A stretch of DNA of 64,000 bases, taken from contig NC_043006.1 in assembly GCF_006345805.1 (NCBI RefSeq), positions 992,001-1,056,000 on the forward strand. Direction: 5' to 3'. The translations under genes were made by a program, and so were the position numbers. Source of the stretch: Octopus sinensis. Taxonomy: Eukaryota. Positions within the stretch are counted from its first letter, which is position 1, and every line of letters starts with the position of its first letter. The notes below the pieces were generated by a model, which worked only from the letters and a program-made list of their open reading frames with translations, was not told the DNA's origin and searched no databases. This document shows positions 15,453 to 28,299 of this stretch, piece after piece.

Positions 15453-16559
15453 AATTTATTTTTGCTTTTATTTCACAACCATCCATTTCATTCATAATTT
15501 TCTTTCCTTTTCACTTCAGTTGTAAATATTCTTAAGTTTTTCTTCCATTCTTCATCTCACTGAGTCATCATTGCATTTTTATTTGCTTATTATTGTTTTT
15601 ATTTAATTTCACGCTTCTCCTTTTGTTATATATATGTGTGTCTGTCTGTCTGTCTGTTTCTCGTATTCACATTCCAATTCTTTCTGTTCTTATTCCCCCA
15701 ATATTGCCAATCATGTCTTTATTCAGTTCAACATTTATTCACATCTAATCACAATTTCAGCCCTATCAGGTTACAACGCCCTCTCTTCAATATATTTTCT
15801 ACTTTCCAGTTAACAACAGAAATTCACTCTTTCAATTGAATTATGTAGAGCACGGCAAATGTAAAGTTAATGAAGCAAATTACTAATTATATTTTCTCAC
15901 AGATTCCCCAAGATAGGAGAAATTTAATTTTTTTTAATAAGCTAAAAAGAAGAGAAGAGAGAAAAACCATTTCAATGCCTCATACACGTAGAGGCCTCCA
16001 TATTTCTCATGAAGGCAGCTGCAATAATACAAATATAATGAGAGAAGCATCAATAACAAGTGCAGCGTCCGTGTTTGCTACGAGGTGAATTTATGCTCGG
16101 CAACGCGAAGGCGAGGCAAAACAATGCAACGCTACATAATTGGACGAGCGCAAAATGGAAATGCATAAAAGAAAATTAAATGCATAAAATAGTACAATTT
16201 CTTTATCTAACGAGAAAAAGATGAGACAGTGTGACGCTCAGTGACAACGAAAATAACAACGACGACGGAGACGATCTTTAAAATAAAGAAAAGAAAAGAA
16301 ATTTCAGGGAAACATTTAGAAGATTTAATCGACCCCAGAAAATTACTTGTATTAGATTTGAGAACGAGAACGTTCTAGGTTTCAAAAAAATAAATAAATT
16401 TAAAAGCAGCTAGGTACCTATAGAAAACTATAAAAAAAAGAAGAGAATCTAGATAGTCGCATAGAAGATGTGCATAGAAGAGAAGGCATCACGAGCTAGC
16501 GGTGAGAATGCACCGCCTTTAGTTCTTCAATACTGAACGCGAAATTTGCGTTTTACAAG

Positions 16560-16942
16560 CTAGGGTGCGTACTCTGAAACATGAAGGTACGTAAGCCTGA
16601 GTAATGGAGAGGCTGAGTTGAGCCTGAGTAATGGAGGAGCTGCGCGGAAGCATATTTAGGATTCCGTCTATGGCAGATTATTGCTGGTGTGCGCAATCCA
16701 ATTCCAAACAGGTCGTCCCAGTTTTCCAGCAACACGTTGACGAACTATTTTCCTGGAACGGCAGACTTGAGAAAACGAACTTTGAGGTCGACTTCAAGAG
16801 TTTATTTCCGCTAAGAGGGAGGCAACCTGAGTGTTGCGAAAAATCGATTTCAGACAAAGAAGTGGAGGACATAGATATCTCCGGGATGGGTGTTCTGTAC
16901 TATGAACCATATTTGAAATCATTACAACTCTTCGAGTTTTAA
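16560..16942 (+). mobile_element. Decayed L1/Tx1-like LINE ORF2 fragment (linker before RT)
   Basis: FQQHVDELFS…DFKSLF…ECCEKSISDKEVE…GMGVLYYEPY resembles the Tx1 pattern F..HF..LF…CE.PI...EV…PG.DGL.YE.Y. Confidence 0.5.
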
Positions 16943-17189
16943 GAACGAGGACAACAATTTTGAAAGAAGGCAGTAAGTCGATATTATCAACCTAGGAACT
17001 TAACTTATCTTTTACCCAATAGACTCTGGGGATAGGTAGAGTTAACCTCAGCAAAAGTTGGATCCAGAATGTAAAGCGTCGGAAGAAATGCCACAAAGCA
17101 GTTATTCGGGCTCTCTGACGATTCTGCCGGTTCGTCATATTATTAATTATAAAACTGTCTTCCTAGAAAGTAAAAGAGGCAACGTTCGA

Positions 17190-17545
17190 TGTCGAGTGGC
17201 TGTGTGGTAGGTATCTTACTTCCCAACCATATGGTTCCGGGTTCAATCCCACTGCGAAGCACCTTGGGCAAGTGTCTTCTGCTATAGTCTCGGGCCGACC
17301 ATAACCTTGTGAGTGGATTTGGTAGACGGAAACTGAAAGAAGCCCGTCGGAGATATATATATATATATATGTATGTTTGTGTGTCTGTATTTCCCCCCCC
17401 CCAGCATCGCTTGACAGTCGATGTCGGTGTGTTTACGTCCCTGTAACTTCACAGTTCGGCAAATGTGACCGATAGAATAAATACTAGGCTTAAAAAGAAT
17501 AATTTCTGGGATCGAGTTGCTCGACTAAAGGCAAGTAAAAGAATA
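17190..17545 (+). mobile_element. SINE family A
   Basis: GAGTGGCTGTGTGG…GGGTTCAATCCC head, body, (TA)n and shortened tail. Confidence 0.9.
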
Positions 17546-17550
17546 ATATA

Positions 17551-17845
17551 CGGGGTGCGGTGAATAAACTATCGTCTAAAATACGCAAAAATGAAAATAA
17601 CACTGACATCTCATTTTAACAGATATATTCACCAAAATTACATACAAATATCTTGAAATATTAAACAGTAAATTTATTCAATAAAATCGCCATTGGCTTC
17701 AAGCACGGCCTCCAGACGACTTCGGAATTTCCTGCAACTCTTCTGAATGGTCTCCTTGTTTAAGTTGGTGAATGCTGCCATAATTTTTGCCTTCAGATCA
17801 TTTTTCGTCTTACAAGGAGTTTTGCTGGTCTCTCGCTCAACTGAA
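17551..17845 (-). mobile_element. Tc1/mariner-superfamily 3' fragment
   Basis: Transposase C-terminus (DLKAKIMAAFTNLNKETIQKSCRKFRSRLEAVLEANGDFIE*, ORF 17674..17856) and terminus TA|CGGGGTG at 17549-17557. Confidence 0.8.
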
Positions 17846-17900
17846 CTCGGAAGCATGTGGTTGGTAAGCTAGCTACTTACACAGTCACTCCTGCACCTGC
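17840..17900 (-). mobile_element. SINE family A head fragment
   Basis: AACTGAACTCGGAAGCATGTGGTTGGTAAGC…CAGTCACTCCTGCACC is the reverse complement of the family A head. Confidence 0.8.
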
Positions 17901-18778
17901 ACAGCCACTCCTAGACCTACACAGTCATTCATATATATATATATATATACATACATATATATATATATATAATATATATATATATATTATATATATATAT
18001 ATAATATATATATATATTATATATATATATATAATGTATACTTATATATATATATAAAATATACGAATAAAATCTATATAAGATTTCATCAAGTAGCCAG
18101 CGTGCGAAACCAGTTAAGCGCAAAATTAATACAAAGTATTTATAATTTTATTCTTATAAATAAGATATATGATTATATCAAGAGCTATTACTATCAGCAA
18201 AAGCACACGCTGTAAGGAGACTCTAAATTCAATCTACTTCTACAAATATAAACACTCGAAATCGAGGGAATGAACAGGAGAAATTCCTTTAAAAAGGTTT
18301 AGCTGTATATCATTAACGGTTTCATGGTCAGCATGTGTAGCATATTCTCCACTCATCAGTACAAGCATAACAAGGAAACGACAAATATAAACATCTATAC
18401 ATACTATGCGAATACAACGCATCCAGCAGAGCATATACAAATGTTCACATTTATACATCAATGAGATGGGCTTCTCCTTGTTGTTCATTTCGACTGAATA
18501 TAATCCAGTTTAATATTTGTAAATAAAATGTAAGGATAAAATATGTATAAGATTTTATCAAATAGCCTGCATGCAAAGCCAATTAAGGACAACATTAATA
18601 CAAAGTATACAATTTTTTCCTTATATATATATACGGCTATATATACTTTTTTTAAAGGAATTTCTCCTATGTTCAATCCCTCGAATTCGATGCGTGTATA
18701 TATTTGTTGAAATAGTTTGACTTTAGAGTCCCCTTACAGCGAGTGCCATTGCTTATAGTAATCGCCCTTGATATAATG

Positions 18779-18838
<60 letters not shown>

Positions 18839-18839
18839 G

Positions 18840-19423
18840 CAGTCCTGGCTAAGAAGGAATATATTCACAGACACGACAGAGTTGGGACCTACATACACTG
18901 GAAGCTATGCCAACATTATGGAATAACAACAAAAAAGTTCGCAGAAAACGGGAAAGCAACCATACTCTGGGATATGCCAATACACACAGATAAAGAAATT
19001 AAGGCCAACAGGCCAGATATAGTTGTCAGAGCTCATGAAGAAAAGAATGCTTTCTAATTGATGTATCAATACCAGCAGATGACAACGTGTCTCTAAAAGA
19101 AATGGAGAAACTTTCAAAATACAAAGACCTGGAAATAGAGGTAACCAGAATGTGGAATCTAAAAACAGAAACAATTCCTATCTGAGTAGGTGCATTAGGC
19201 ATGATAAAAAATATTCAGACAAATACATAACAAAAACACCGGGACTTACAAACACATATAACATACAGAAATTGCACTACTAGGCACTGCACACATCCTA
19301 CGCAGAACACTTTCCATACAATAACTATCAGAGCATCACAACAAACCACAACACATACCCAAGGCACACAGAGCTGCACTCGGTAGTGAAGTGAAAGCAC
19401 GTTATAAAAATAAAACTACTGAA
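18840..19423 (+). mobile_element. Dong/R4-like LINE, short 5'-truncated copy inside (TAA)n
   Basis: VLAKKEYIHRHDRVG…ILWDMPIHTDKEIKANRPDIVV (RLE) plus 3'UTR ending ACTACTGAA. (TAA)n on both sides (18779-18837, 19424-19530). Confidence 0.92.
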
Positions 19424-19459
19424 TGATGATGATAATAATAATAATAATAATAATAATAT

Positions 19460-19530
<71 letters not shown>

Positions 19531-19531
19531 T

Positions 19532-20220
19532 AAAATGAAAAGAAATATAACAAGCAACTGCAGAATATGTGGAGATGGACAAGAAACAATAAATCATATT
19601 ATCTCTAGCTGCCCAGTCCTGGCTAAGAAGGAATATATTCACAGACATGACAGAGTTGGAACCTACATACATTGGAAGCTATGCCAACATTATGGAATAA
19701 CAACAGAAAAAAGATGGTATAGGCACACACCAGAACAGGTCACAGAAAACGAGAAAGCAACCATACTCTGGGATATGCCGATACACACAGATAGAGAAAT
19801 TAAGGCCAACAGACCAGATATAGTTGTCAGAGATCATGAAGAAAAAAAATGCTTTCTAGTTGATGTATCAATACCAGCAGATGACGAGGTGTCTCTAAAA
19901 GAAATGGAGAAACTCTCAAAATACAAAGACCTGGAAATAGAGGTAACTCGAAAGTGGAATCTGAAAACAGAAACAATTCCTATCATAGTAGGTGCATTAA
20001 GCATGATAAAAAATATTCAGACAAATACATAACAAAAACACCAGGACTTACAAACACATATAGCATACAGAAAATTGCACTACTAGGCACTGCACACATC
20101 CTACGCAGAATACTTTCCATACAATAACCATCAGAGCATCACAACAAATCACAGCACATACCCAAGGCACACGAGCTGCGCTCGGTAGTTAAGTGAAAGC
20201 ACGCTATAAAAATAAAACTA

Positions 20221-20225
<5 letters not shown>
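19532..20225 (+). mobile_element. Dong/R4-like LINE, second tandem 5'-truncated copy
   Basis: ORF 19535..20032 has CRICG…HIISSC knuckle and RPDIVV…VDVSIPAD RLE. Same 3'UTR as the previous copy, followed by (TAA)n to ~20292. Confidence 0.93.
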
Positions 20226-20293
<68 letters not shown>

Positions 20294-20799
20294 TAGGTGT
20301 GTGTGTGTGTATTATGTATGTATATATATATGTGTGTGTGTGTGTGTGTGCACATGATGAAAGATGAAACCTTGATTTACTGAAATTATCTCCCTCCTTA
20401 GAGATTGTAGTACAATCACCTGGAAAACAGAAGTGGGGGGATTATAAAAAGAATGATAAATTCTCCAGAAAATGACTTGCTATCAAGAAAGAAGCGGTGT
20501 CGTCCGGCGACAGGAGGACAGCAGCGGAGACGTGTTTTTGTCTCAACAGGTGTTTTTATAACTGTCTTTTTACGAGTAAGTTCATGCATGTTTGACTTCG
20601 TGAGTGTTGCTGCTTAAACTTAAGTCAGCCTTGACTGGACTAACAGACTGATGGTATTAATCGGAAGTGACTACCTGTCTGTGTTCAGCGAAACCAGTTC
20701 GGTTTATGACGAAAATAACATATTCTGCCAATGATATCAGTAGCACACTGGTTCTATCTTTATTGTGCTTAGTTTTATGCAGTATGATATATTATGCAG

Positions 20800-20838
<39 letters not shown>

Positions 20839-21944
20839 AATTCAAAAGAAATAGTGTGTCATTAAACTCTCATTACGCCAGTAGTTACCCAAGTTTACAA
20901 ATGCTAAATTTTATAGTAAAATATTTTGGTTTACTTTCTACATATATTTGCCAAAATGTATTTAAAGCGTTACTTGCAGAGCTTCCCTCTCTAATTCGTG
21001 ATTATCAATCAACCTTTTAACTCTTTTATATTTACATAAATACATTAAAAGACATTTTCTTTACCGAAGATGACTGCTCGATGTTTTAAGAATATGTTTA
21101 GGAATATTTTAAGAAATTGGAATAATAAATAAAAGGTGAAACTGGTTTTGTTTATTTTTGCATCTGCCATACCTGATGTATATTTACAAATATGTATATT
21201 ACACATTTTATCGCACAAAACTTGTGTTAAAAAAAAGCTTTATAATATTTACATTACTGATGTCAATGTCTGTTCATAAAAAAGAACAAAAATCGTTCCA
21301 TCCTACGGGGACTACATTTAAGATGGCGATGAAGAGATTTAGATAAACGAGGACGTAATCGAGATAGACGATAATGAAAGCGAGGTTCAAGACGACGAAG
21401 TTGAGGCTGGCGAAACTAATGTTGATAATGTTGGATTTGGGGGAGAAATCCTGAATACGTTTTAGACTATAAATTGAATTACCGAAAATTATTGATTACA
21501 TCATTTTTTCAGTTGCTGAAGGGTAGTTATAAAACTTCTATACTCAGAATTTCAAACTGTGTGTCAACATTTTAAAAGTATTTCAACATATTCTCTCTCA
21601 GTTACATTCGTGGCATCCGCGTTAAAGTACATAATGAAAATATTGTAGGTATATAGCATGTTACTAGCAAGCTGTTCCCTACAGAAGGATAATGAGAAGC
21701 CAAATAAAATAATAATTTATAGCAGGACCAAAAGGGAGATAATCTTTATATCCCTATCAGTGATTCACATTTACGTTCTAGATATTGCTTTCACCTTCAC
21801 ATGTGTATATATATTAACACTCATGATCTCCATTAAGAGACAGTTGTGTAATATATGTCGTCTCAGCTTCTTCATACTCCATAATTATGTAAGGGTGCTA
21901 ACATACTCTCTAGACATGACGAAATATCACTAGAAATAAATGTA

Positions 21945-23176
21945 CGAGAGTGGACTGAAAAGTTCATAGGTTGACTATGAATGAGCGATGCATGCAATAA
22001 TCTCAGCTCATCTTATTAATAACGGTTTTGTTTATTTTCAGGCAAAATGACATCTGACAGTTCACAGAAGACTTCAAAAGTAACTTTTGGCGAATCTCTT
22101 GAAAGTAGACGAAATTTGGTATTGTGTTGTTATCAAGAATATGCAGAAAATGGATTTAGACCACAAGGACATTCATGCTGGCATTGCTGCTACTTTAAGA
22201 GATGACACTCTAGCTTTCTCAACACTGTAAAAGTGGGAGACTGAATTTAGGAGGGAAAAGAAGAGTCTTGAAGATGACACAAGGTCTGGACATCCCGCAA
22301 CTGCGACCACCGAAGAAAGCAGTGATCGTATTTACTACATAGTTATGGATGACAAGCGATTGACTATAAATCAAACAGCCAATGCTATTAATATATCACA
22401 TGAGAAAGCAGAGAATATTCTGCACAATGAACTCGGCATGAGGAAGAATTTTGTTCGGTGGGTGCCACGTTTACAGAGACCTGATCAGACGCGCACAAGC
22501 CTGATCAATTCACAGAAAATTTTCACATTGTTTGAAGCAGATCCAGCTGGTTTCCTTGAATGTCTCCTAATTCAGCATGCGTGTTAGGTTCATCACTTTG
22601 TATCAGATACAAAGGGGCAATCCTTTCAGTGGAAACATCCCTCCTCACCTGCTCCAAAGAAAGGAAAGGGTGTTTCATCTGCAAAGAATTTGATGACCTC
22701 AGTTTTGAAGCATGCAAAAGGCGTTGTGTTTATTGACTTAAAAAGGGCCACACCATCAATGGAGAGCATTAAGTCAATTTATTAAGACAGATACAAAAAG
22801 CTACCAAGATCAAACGTCCAGGAAAACTGACGAAAGAGATAGTCCAGCACTCGAGTCCCTGGTTTCGACGACTGCTCTACGTGACTATTGCTTTGACTTT
22901 TGCTTTGCTAACCCTCCCTGTTCTCCTCATTTGGCCCCATCTGATTATCATCTGTTTCCCAACATGCAAGAACGCTTGGCTGTGAACCAGTATCGCAGTG
23001 ATAACGACGCCATATCTGTTGTTGATGACATTTTTCTTCACCAGTGGGATTCAAGCCCTGCAAAACCGATGGGAAAATTGTGCGGATCACGAGGTGAACT
23101 ATGTTGAAAAATAAACCTCATTTGACATTCCATGAGAGTATCTTGGTCAGCCTATCAGCTCTTAAGCCGATCCTCG
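21945..23176 (+). mobile_element. Mariner-like transposon, near full length, decayed
   Basis: TA|CGAGAGTGGACTGAAAAGTTCATAGGTTGAC … GTCAGCCTATCAGCTCTTAAGCCGATCCTCG|TA degenerate TIRs. Transposase motifs SLEDDTRSG, WVPRL and SPHLAPSDYHLFP. Confidence 0.92.
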
Positions 23177-23554
23177 TAGACCATAATAAATGGAACAAAT
23201 CATTAAATTTAACAATTGCAAAAGTGATTAGAGACTTTAAATAATGTTAAACTAAGCAAAGATCGATGACAACGTGAAACATGTCTATCTTGCGTTGAGC
23301 GAGGGACGGAAGTGTAAGGCTTATCAATCAGAGAAGAGATACGATAATACATATGCGATACATATTACAACGTGCGACAGAAAAACCTCCTGTATGTTAT
23401 GTGGCCATTAGTGTGGCGCTCAGGAATTTAGGCAAAGGGTAATGCTGTCTTTTTGTAACTAATGTTTTAGTGTTTTGTTTCCGTTTCTATTATGATCAAT
23501 ACCGATGCACACCGTGCGTTTGAGCTGAATCGTTCATTAAGAATGGTGAATCCA

Positions 23555-23782
23555 GGCGAGATGCCAGAAACGTTAGCACGATGGACGAAATGCTTACTGG
23601 TATTTCGTCTGCCGTTATGTTCTGAGTTCAAATTTCGCCGAGGTTGACTTTGCCTTTCATCCTTTCGGGGTCGATAAATTAAGTACCAGTTACGCACTGG
23701 GGTCGATATAATCGATGTAATCCGTTTGTCTGTCCTTGTTTGTCCTCTCTGTGTTTAGCCACTTGTGGTTAGTAAAGAAATA
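23555..23782 (+). mobile_element. SINE family B, full length with TSD
   Basis: A-box-like/B-box (GAGTTCAAAT) head, core and tail. Flanked by GAATGGTGAATCC (23541-23553) and GAATGGTGACTCC (23784-23796). Confidence 0.93.
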
Positions 23783-25345
23783 CGAATGGTGACTCCAGGG
23801 GTATTTTCGACGTACTTTCTACGAGGCCATACGTGTTTTGGGAGAGTGGTGAGAAAGAAAGAAAAGGAGAAAGAAAGAAAAAAGAGAAAAAAGAGATATA
23901 TTTCAACACCTTCCAACTATCAACTACGCGATGTGACAGGAAAATCTCTCACATTTTACACAGCCATTAATGTACCTCGATGGTAGACAGGTTGTAGTTG
24001 TGTCTTTTTGTAGTTAATGCTTTATCATTTTGTTTTAAGATACCATCAGTGTTTGAACAGGTAAATACCGTAACTTTAGTTTTGAAATGTTTATCTCGTG
24101 TGGCGAATCTGGAGGTTTTCTGTCGCAACCTGTAGAAAACATCCCTGCTATCAACTGCCAAAGAGCGTTACAGATTCGACTGTAATATTCCATCGAATAA
24201 AATTTAAATATAATTTCACATTGACACATTAAATAGCTAACGGACTAACAGTTTTTCAAAGAAATAAATCTGTGTTTATAAAATATAATAATTATAATTC
24301 AAGGAGACAAATGTCTGTATATGTGACTGAATTAATGATCATTCTTAATGAATCTTCTGTAATTCATTATCATTTTACTTGTCTTCTTAAGTTTGATTAT
24401 AATATCATAAGTTAGTTTAGGAGTAAATTTTAATTGAAATGCAATATGTAATGCACGTATACAGTAATTTCGCCTGTCGGATAATGTTAATACTCATTGT
24501 GCAGACTGGTTTCTGTTTCCTTAGTCGCCAAGATGCTAACGTTAATAACAGAGTTTAGGACAAAATATTTCCATTTAGACGTTATATGGTGAGTTCCAAT
24601 TTTATCAACACCTCTGCGCGTATTGGGAGTTTAAAACTTTTGGTTTTTTCGGATTTAAATAAATTGTAGATCTTTACCAATAGTTCGCAAATTATACATT
24701 CGCCCTTCTTTGCATACAATAATAAAATGTGACAACGAAAATTTCCAGGTGTGCCACTCAAAAAATAAAATTCAAAAGCAAAATGACTATACACAGAACA
24801 TACATATAAAAAACGGGTACATATTGTGTATCACGAAACTCATTTTGCAAATGAAAAAATATTGAATGAATGACATTTTATAAAAAAACGCAACAGATAC
24901 GAATAATGCTAACATTTCTTTTGTCAACATCACCAACGACAGCCATGATATTCACATTTGCAAGCACAGCGCCAAGTAAAAGTAAATAAAATGGGTAAGA
25001 AAATTCTACACTAGTAGATCCAGAATATGGCGCTTTCTGAATTTCTACTATCAGAAGTCAAGGAAAATGCGATCGTCGATGTTATATAAAAAAAGTATAC
25101 TAGCCGAAAAATATATACAATAAAATTACAAAGATCTCTTTCAAGTGAGCAACATCAGCTCTATCAGCTGTTATTTTACTGCTTAAACTTTTCCTTACCC
25201 AAAGTCTGCTGAATTATGCAGTCTTTGATTCAATCAATTAAAAAAGTAATGAGGTATTTAGTAAAATAAATTTGCCATTATTTAGCTTGATTACGAAGTG
25301 ATAGCGTTGGAATGAATGATTTGTGATATTTCTTCCAAATCATTA

Positions 25346-25470
25346 AGTTCTGAGTTCAAATTTCGCCGATGTCAACTTGCCTTTCATCCATACGGGGTCG
25401 ATAAAATAAGTACCAGTTTTGTATTGGGGTCGGTATAACTGACTATTCCCTCTCTAAAAATTGCTAGCCT
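25346..25470 (+). mobile_element. SINE family B fragment
   Basis: TTCTGAGTTCAAATTTCGCC…GCCTTTCATCCATACGGGGTCGATAAAATAAGTACCAG. Confidence 0.85.
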
Positions 25471-26170
25471 TCCTTGTGATAAAAGTACAAAAAATTAATT
25501 AGTTACATTCTGGAACATAAATTAACATATTTTGATGCTGGGTTAATATAAATTATTATATCATTTTATAAAAGAAAGTTTGTATCAGAGATCTAGGGAG
25601 GAGGGGTGGTCCTCGTGGGTTTCGTATTAAAAGAGTTAGGTATTTCTTTGATGTCTGTCTGATGTCATTGGTTGTCGACAGTGATTTGAGTCACAACTGA
25701 AGCAATTTCAACACAATTTTAACCAAAGAGACACTGGGAAAGAATTCTGCTTTCCCACTTTCTGTTAACACATTAAGATATACAGAATTTTGGGCGAGTC
25801 AAATGCGATCAATAACAATTGAAACTTCATTCTTACATGGCATTCCAAACTCCATATTCTGTAAATTAAGATCAATAAAGCTTATATTGTGGCTGATGAG
25901 GCGTGTTTATTTAAAGGTCATTGGTCCTGTGCAAGAAGTAGATTGATATCTCGAAAACTACTTTTTTTCTTCTTTTTAGTCAATAAACAGTACATGGATT
26001 TATATTTAAATAAATATAGATTGTATCAGATTTAGTATAGGTTGTAGGGCAGTGGAGTAGTATAAAAGCCAACACAATAGCGTAAATATAATTAGATATT
26101 CAGTTGGTTGTGTCCCTTTTGAGATAATATTTCTACGATTTTTGTATTGAAATTTATCCTAATATGGATG

Positions 26171-26560
26171 AAATATCAGGAATTAATTGTTGATTGTTAA
26201 GCGGAGCATTTTCCAATCGAAGTTGGACGTAGAGGGTTTGTTGGACACAGTGTGAGACGACTATTGTTATCGTTAGGCCTAACTCATTGTAAAGTCAATA
26301 CCACCATGACCGATATCCAAACTACAGTGGAGAAGGCTAGCCACTGGATTTGGTTAAAAAGAGACGATGAGCCATGGCTAGAAGAATATTGAACTTTATT
26401 TGATAACCAGCTGATCTAGCAAGCGGGGCCGGTGCGCATTGATGCCGTCGAGAGGTAGGCCCCGAAACGGCGCGCATTCTCTCCTGATGACCTCATACAT
26501 TTGCTGGCTTCCGGTATGCGGAGTTTTTGACTGGTAGCACTTGCATGTGCAAGTTCTTTG
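26171..26560 (+). mobile_element. HERO-like RLE non-LTR retrotransposon 3' end
   Basis: KYQEL…FPIEVGRRGFVGHSVRRLLLSLG…VEKASHWIWLKRDDEPW (stop 26390-26392) matches the HERO C-terminal pattern PVEVGCRGF…E.AS.W.WL.R. A GC-rich 3'UTR follows. Confidence 0.7.
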
Positions 26561-28206
26561 CAGGACATGTTACCTCCAATGTCACAATCAAAAGACGCAA
26601 TTGATTACTTTGATAAAATCATCTTTGAATGATGAGTCAAAGGTAATTATTTTTAATAGATCCTACCCCCCCCCCCGGGATATTGAATACAGTGAGAAAT
26701 CTCTAAAAGAAGTTGAAGTCTTTTGAGAATCAAGAGCGTCGACATCTTACCAACGAGTTGCACAGCTTTCACTGTTAATAATTAACAAACCATAACATTT
26801 GTTCCTTTCAGCAAACAAAAATGGCGAGCATTTTAAATGACTTTGCTTGGATGAAAAATCGTGACATTTACACTTTCACCAAGCTTATTGCTGGAATAGG
26901 CGACGAGGAATTATTATCCAGAAACGATGGAAAATGCATTGCTCGCTCTCTCTGCTCAGGGACACGCTCTTCATATAAATGGTTGATAATTATTACAGCA
27001 CTTCAATTTCTTAAAGTGTGCACATATTTTATGGGAAACGATCGAACTAAAAGTAAATAGAGTAAGAGACTGGCTCTGGTGTGCCACCGCTCGGACTCTC
27101 CATTGTTGTCTACCGTTGCACACACACACACACACACAGACACACATACACACACGCACACACACATACACACACATACACATACACGTACATAACTACG
27201 AGCATACATACACCCACACACTCACACACATATATGCCTGTATGTGTGTGAGTATATGTGTGTGTGTGCGTACACAAACATATTTGTGTATAGGTACATT
27301 ATTGGTAAGTTCCTCATAAGTCACAAGCAAAAAGCCCGCTCTAAAAGAGAATTTGAACGGTTACACTTTTATATCGCCGATTAGTGTGTATTCCTGCTTA
27401 TGGAGTATTACAGATCAGAAAGATACCATAGGTTTCGCGTCTACTAATGACGATAAATATACAGTCCTGGTTTGCTTAGTGAAAAGAACAAAACAATAAA
27501 AGGCATTTAAATGCGAAGGTAAGAGGAATTGCCTCCAATTGTATAATTGCAGCTGTAGCCGAAGGGGGTCAGCTGTGTTTGCTGACGCTCAATTTGGGAA
27601 CCGGTTCATATAGAGATACTACCGCAACCCAAATGAATGGCTGTCATATAATGAGCAACGCCTCCCGTTACCCGCATATCATCTGTAAAAGTATCGTAGG
27701 GTGACCATAAGAGGATTTTGAATCTGTACTTGAATGACCATTATTACTGTTTTTTTTATTCGTTACCCGCATTCAAACATACTGCATCACTATTTTGATG
27801 TCTTATGTAGATCAACTTTGAGGTAAACGACAAAATCAGATTGAAAGCTCTTGCGTTCGGTCATGTAACATTACATAACACAACCTAACATCGATGCCTA
27901 ATAGGCTACCGTCAAGGTAGCACCAGCACACACTCATACACACAAGCACACACAACACACACATACACATTCGACATATTTATTGAAGTTTAATATAAAG
28001 CCGGAATAATATTTGGTTCTTTATGCCAGAAAACATCTGCGTCACACATCAATATATTAAATACACATACAATTGTTCTTCATTAATAGTGCAACAGGTG
28101 ATAAATAATATCAATATTTGTAAGTGTGTGTGTGTATGTGTGTGTATGAATGTATATATGTTATATATATATACTTGGACATGGATGTATGGCGTTCAAT
28201 CATATA

Positions 28207-28299
<93 letters not shown>

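Noticed and set aside
25600-25960. Nearly open frames on both strands with faint GIY-YIG or RT-like words
   Set aside because: The motif matches are inconsistent between frames, so no family can be supported.
26445-26495. Hammerhead in the HERO 3'UTR (GAAAC…CTGATGA)
   Set aside because: Motif order and flanks do not give a stem II or a valid cleavage triplet.
26821-27060. ORF with upstream acceptor and good ATG context (MASILNDFAW…)
   Set aside because: No convincing donor, no recognisable domain and no partner exons.
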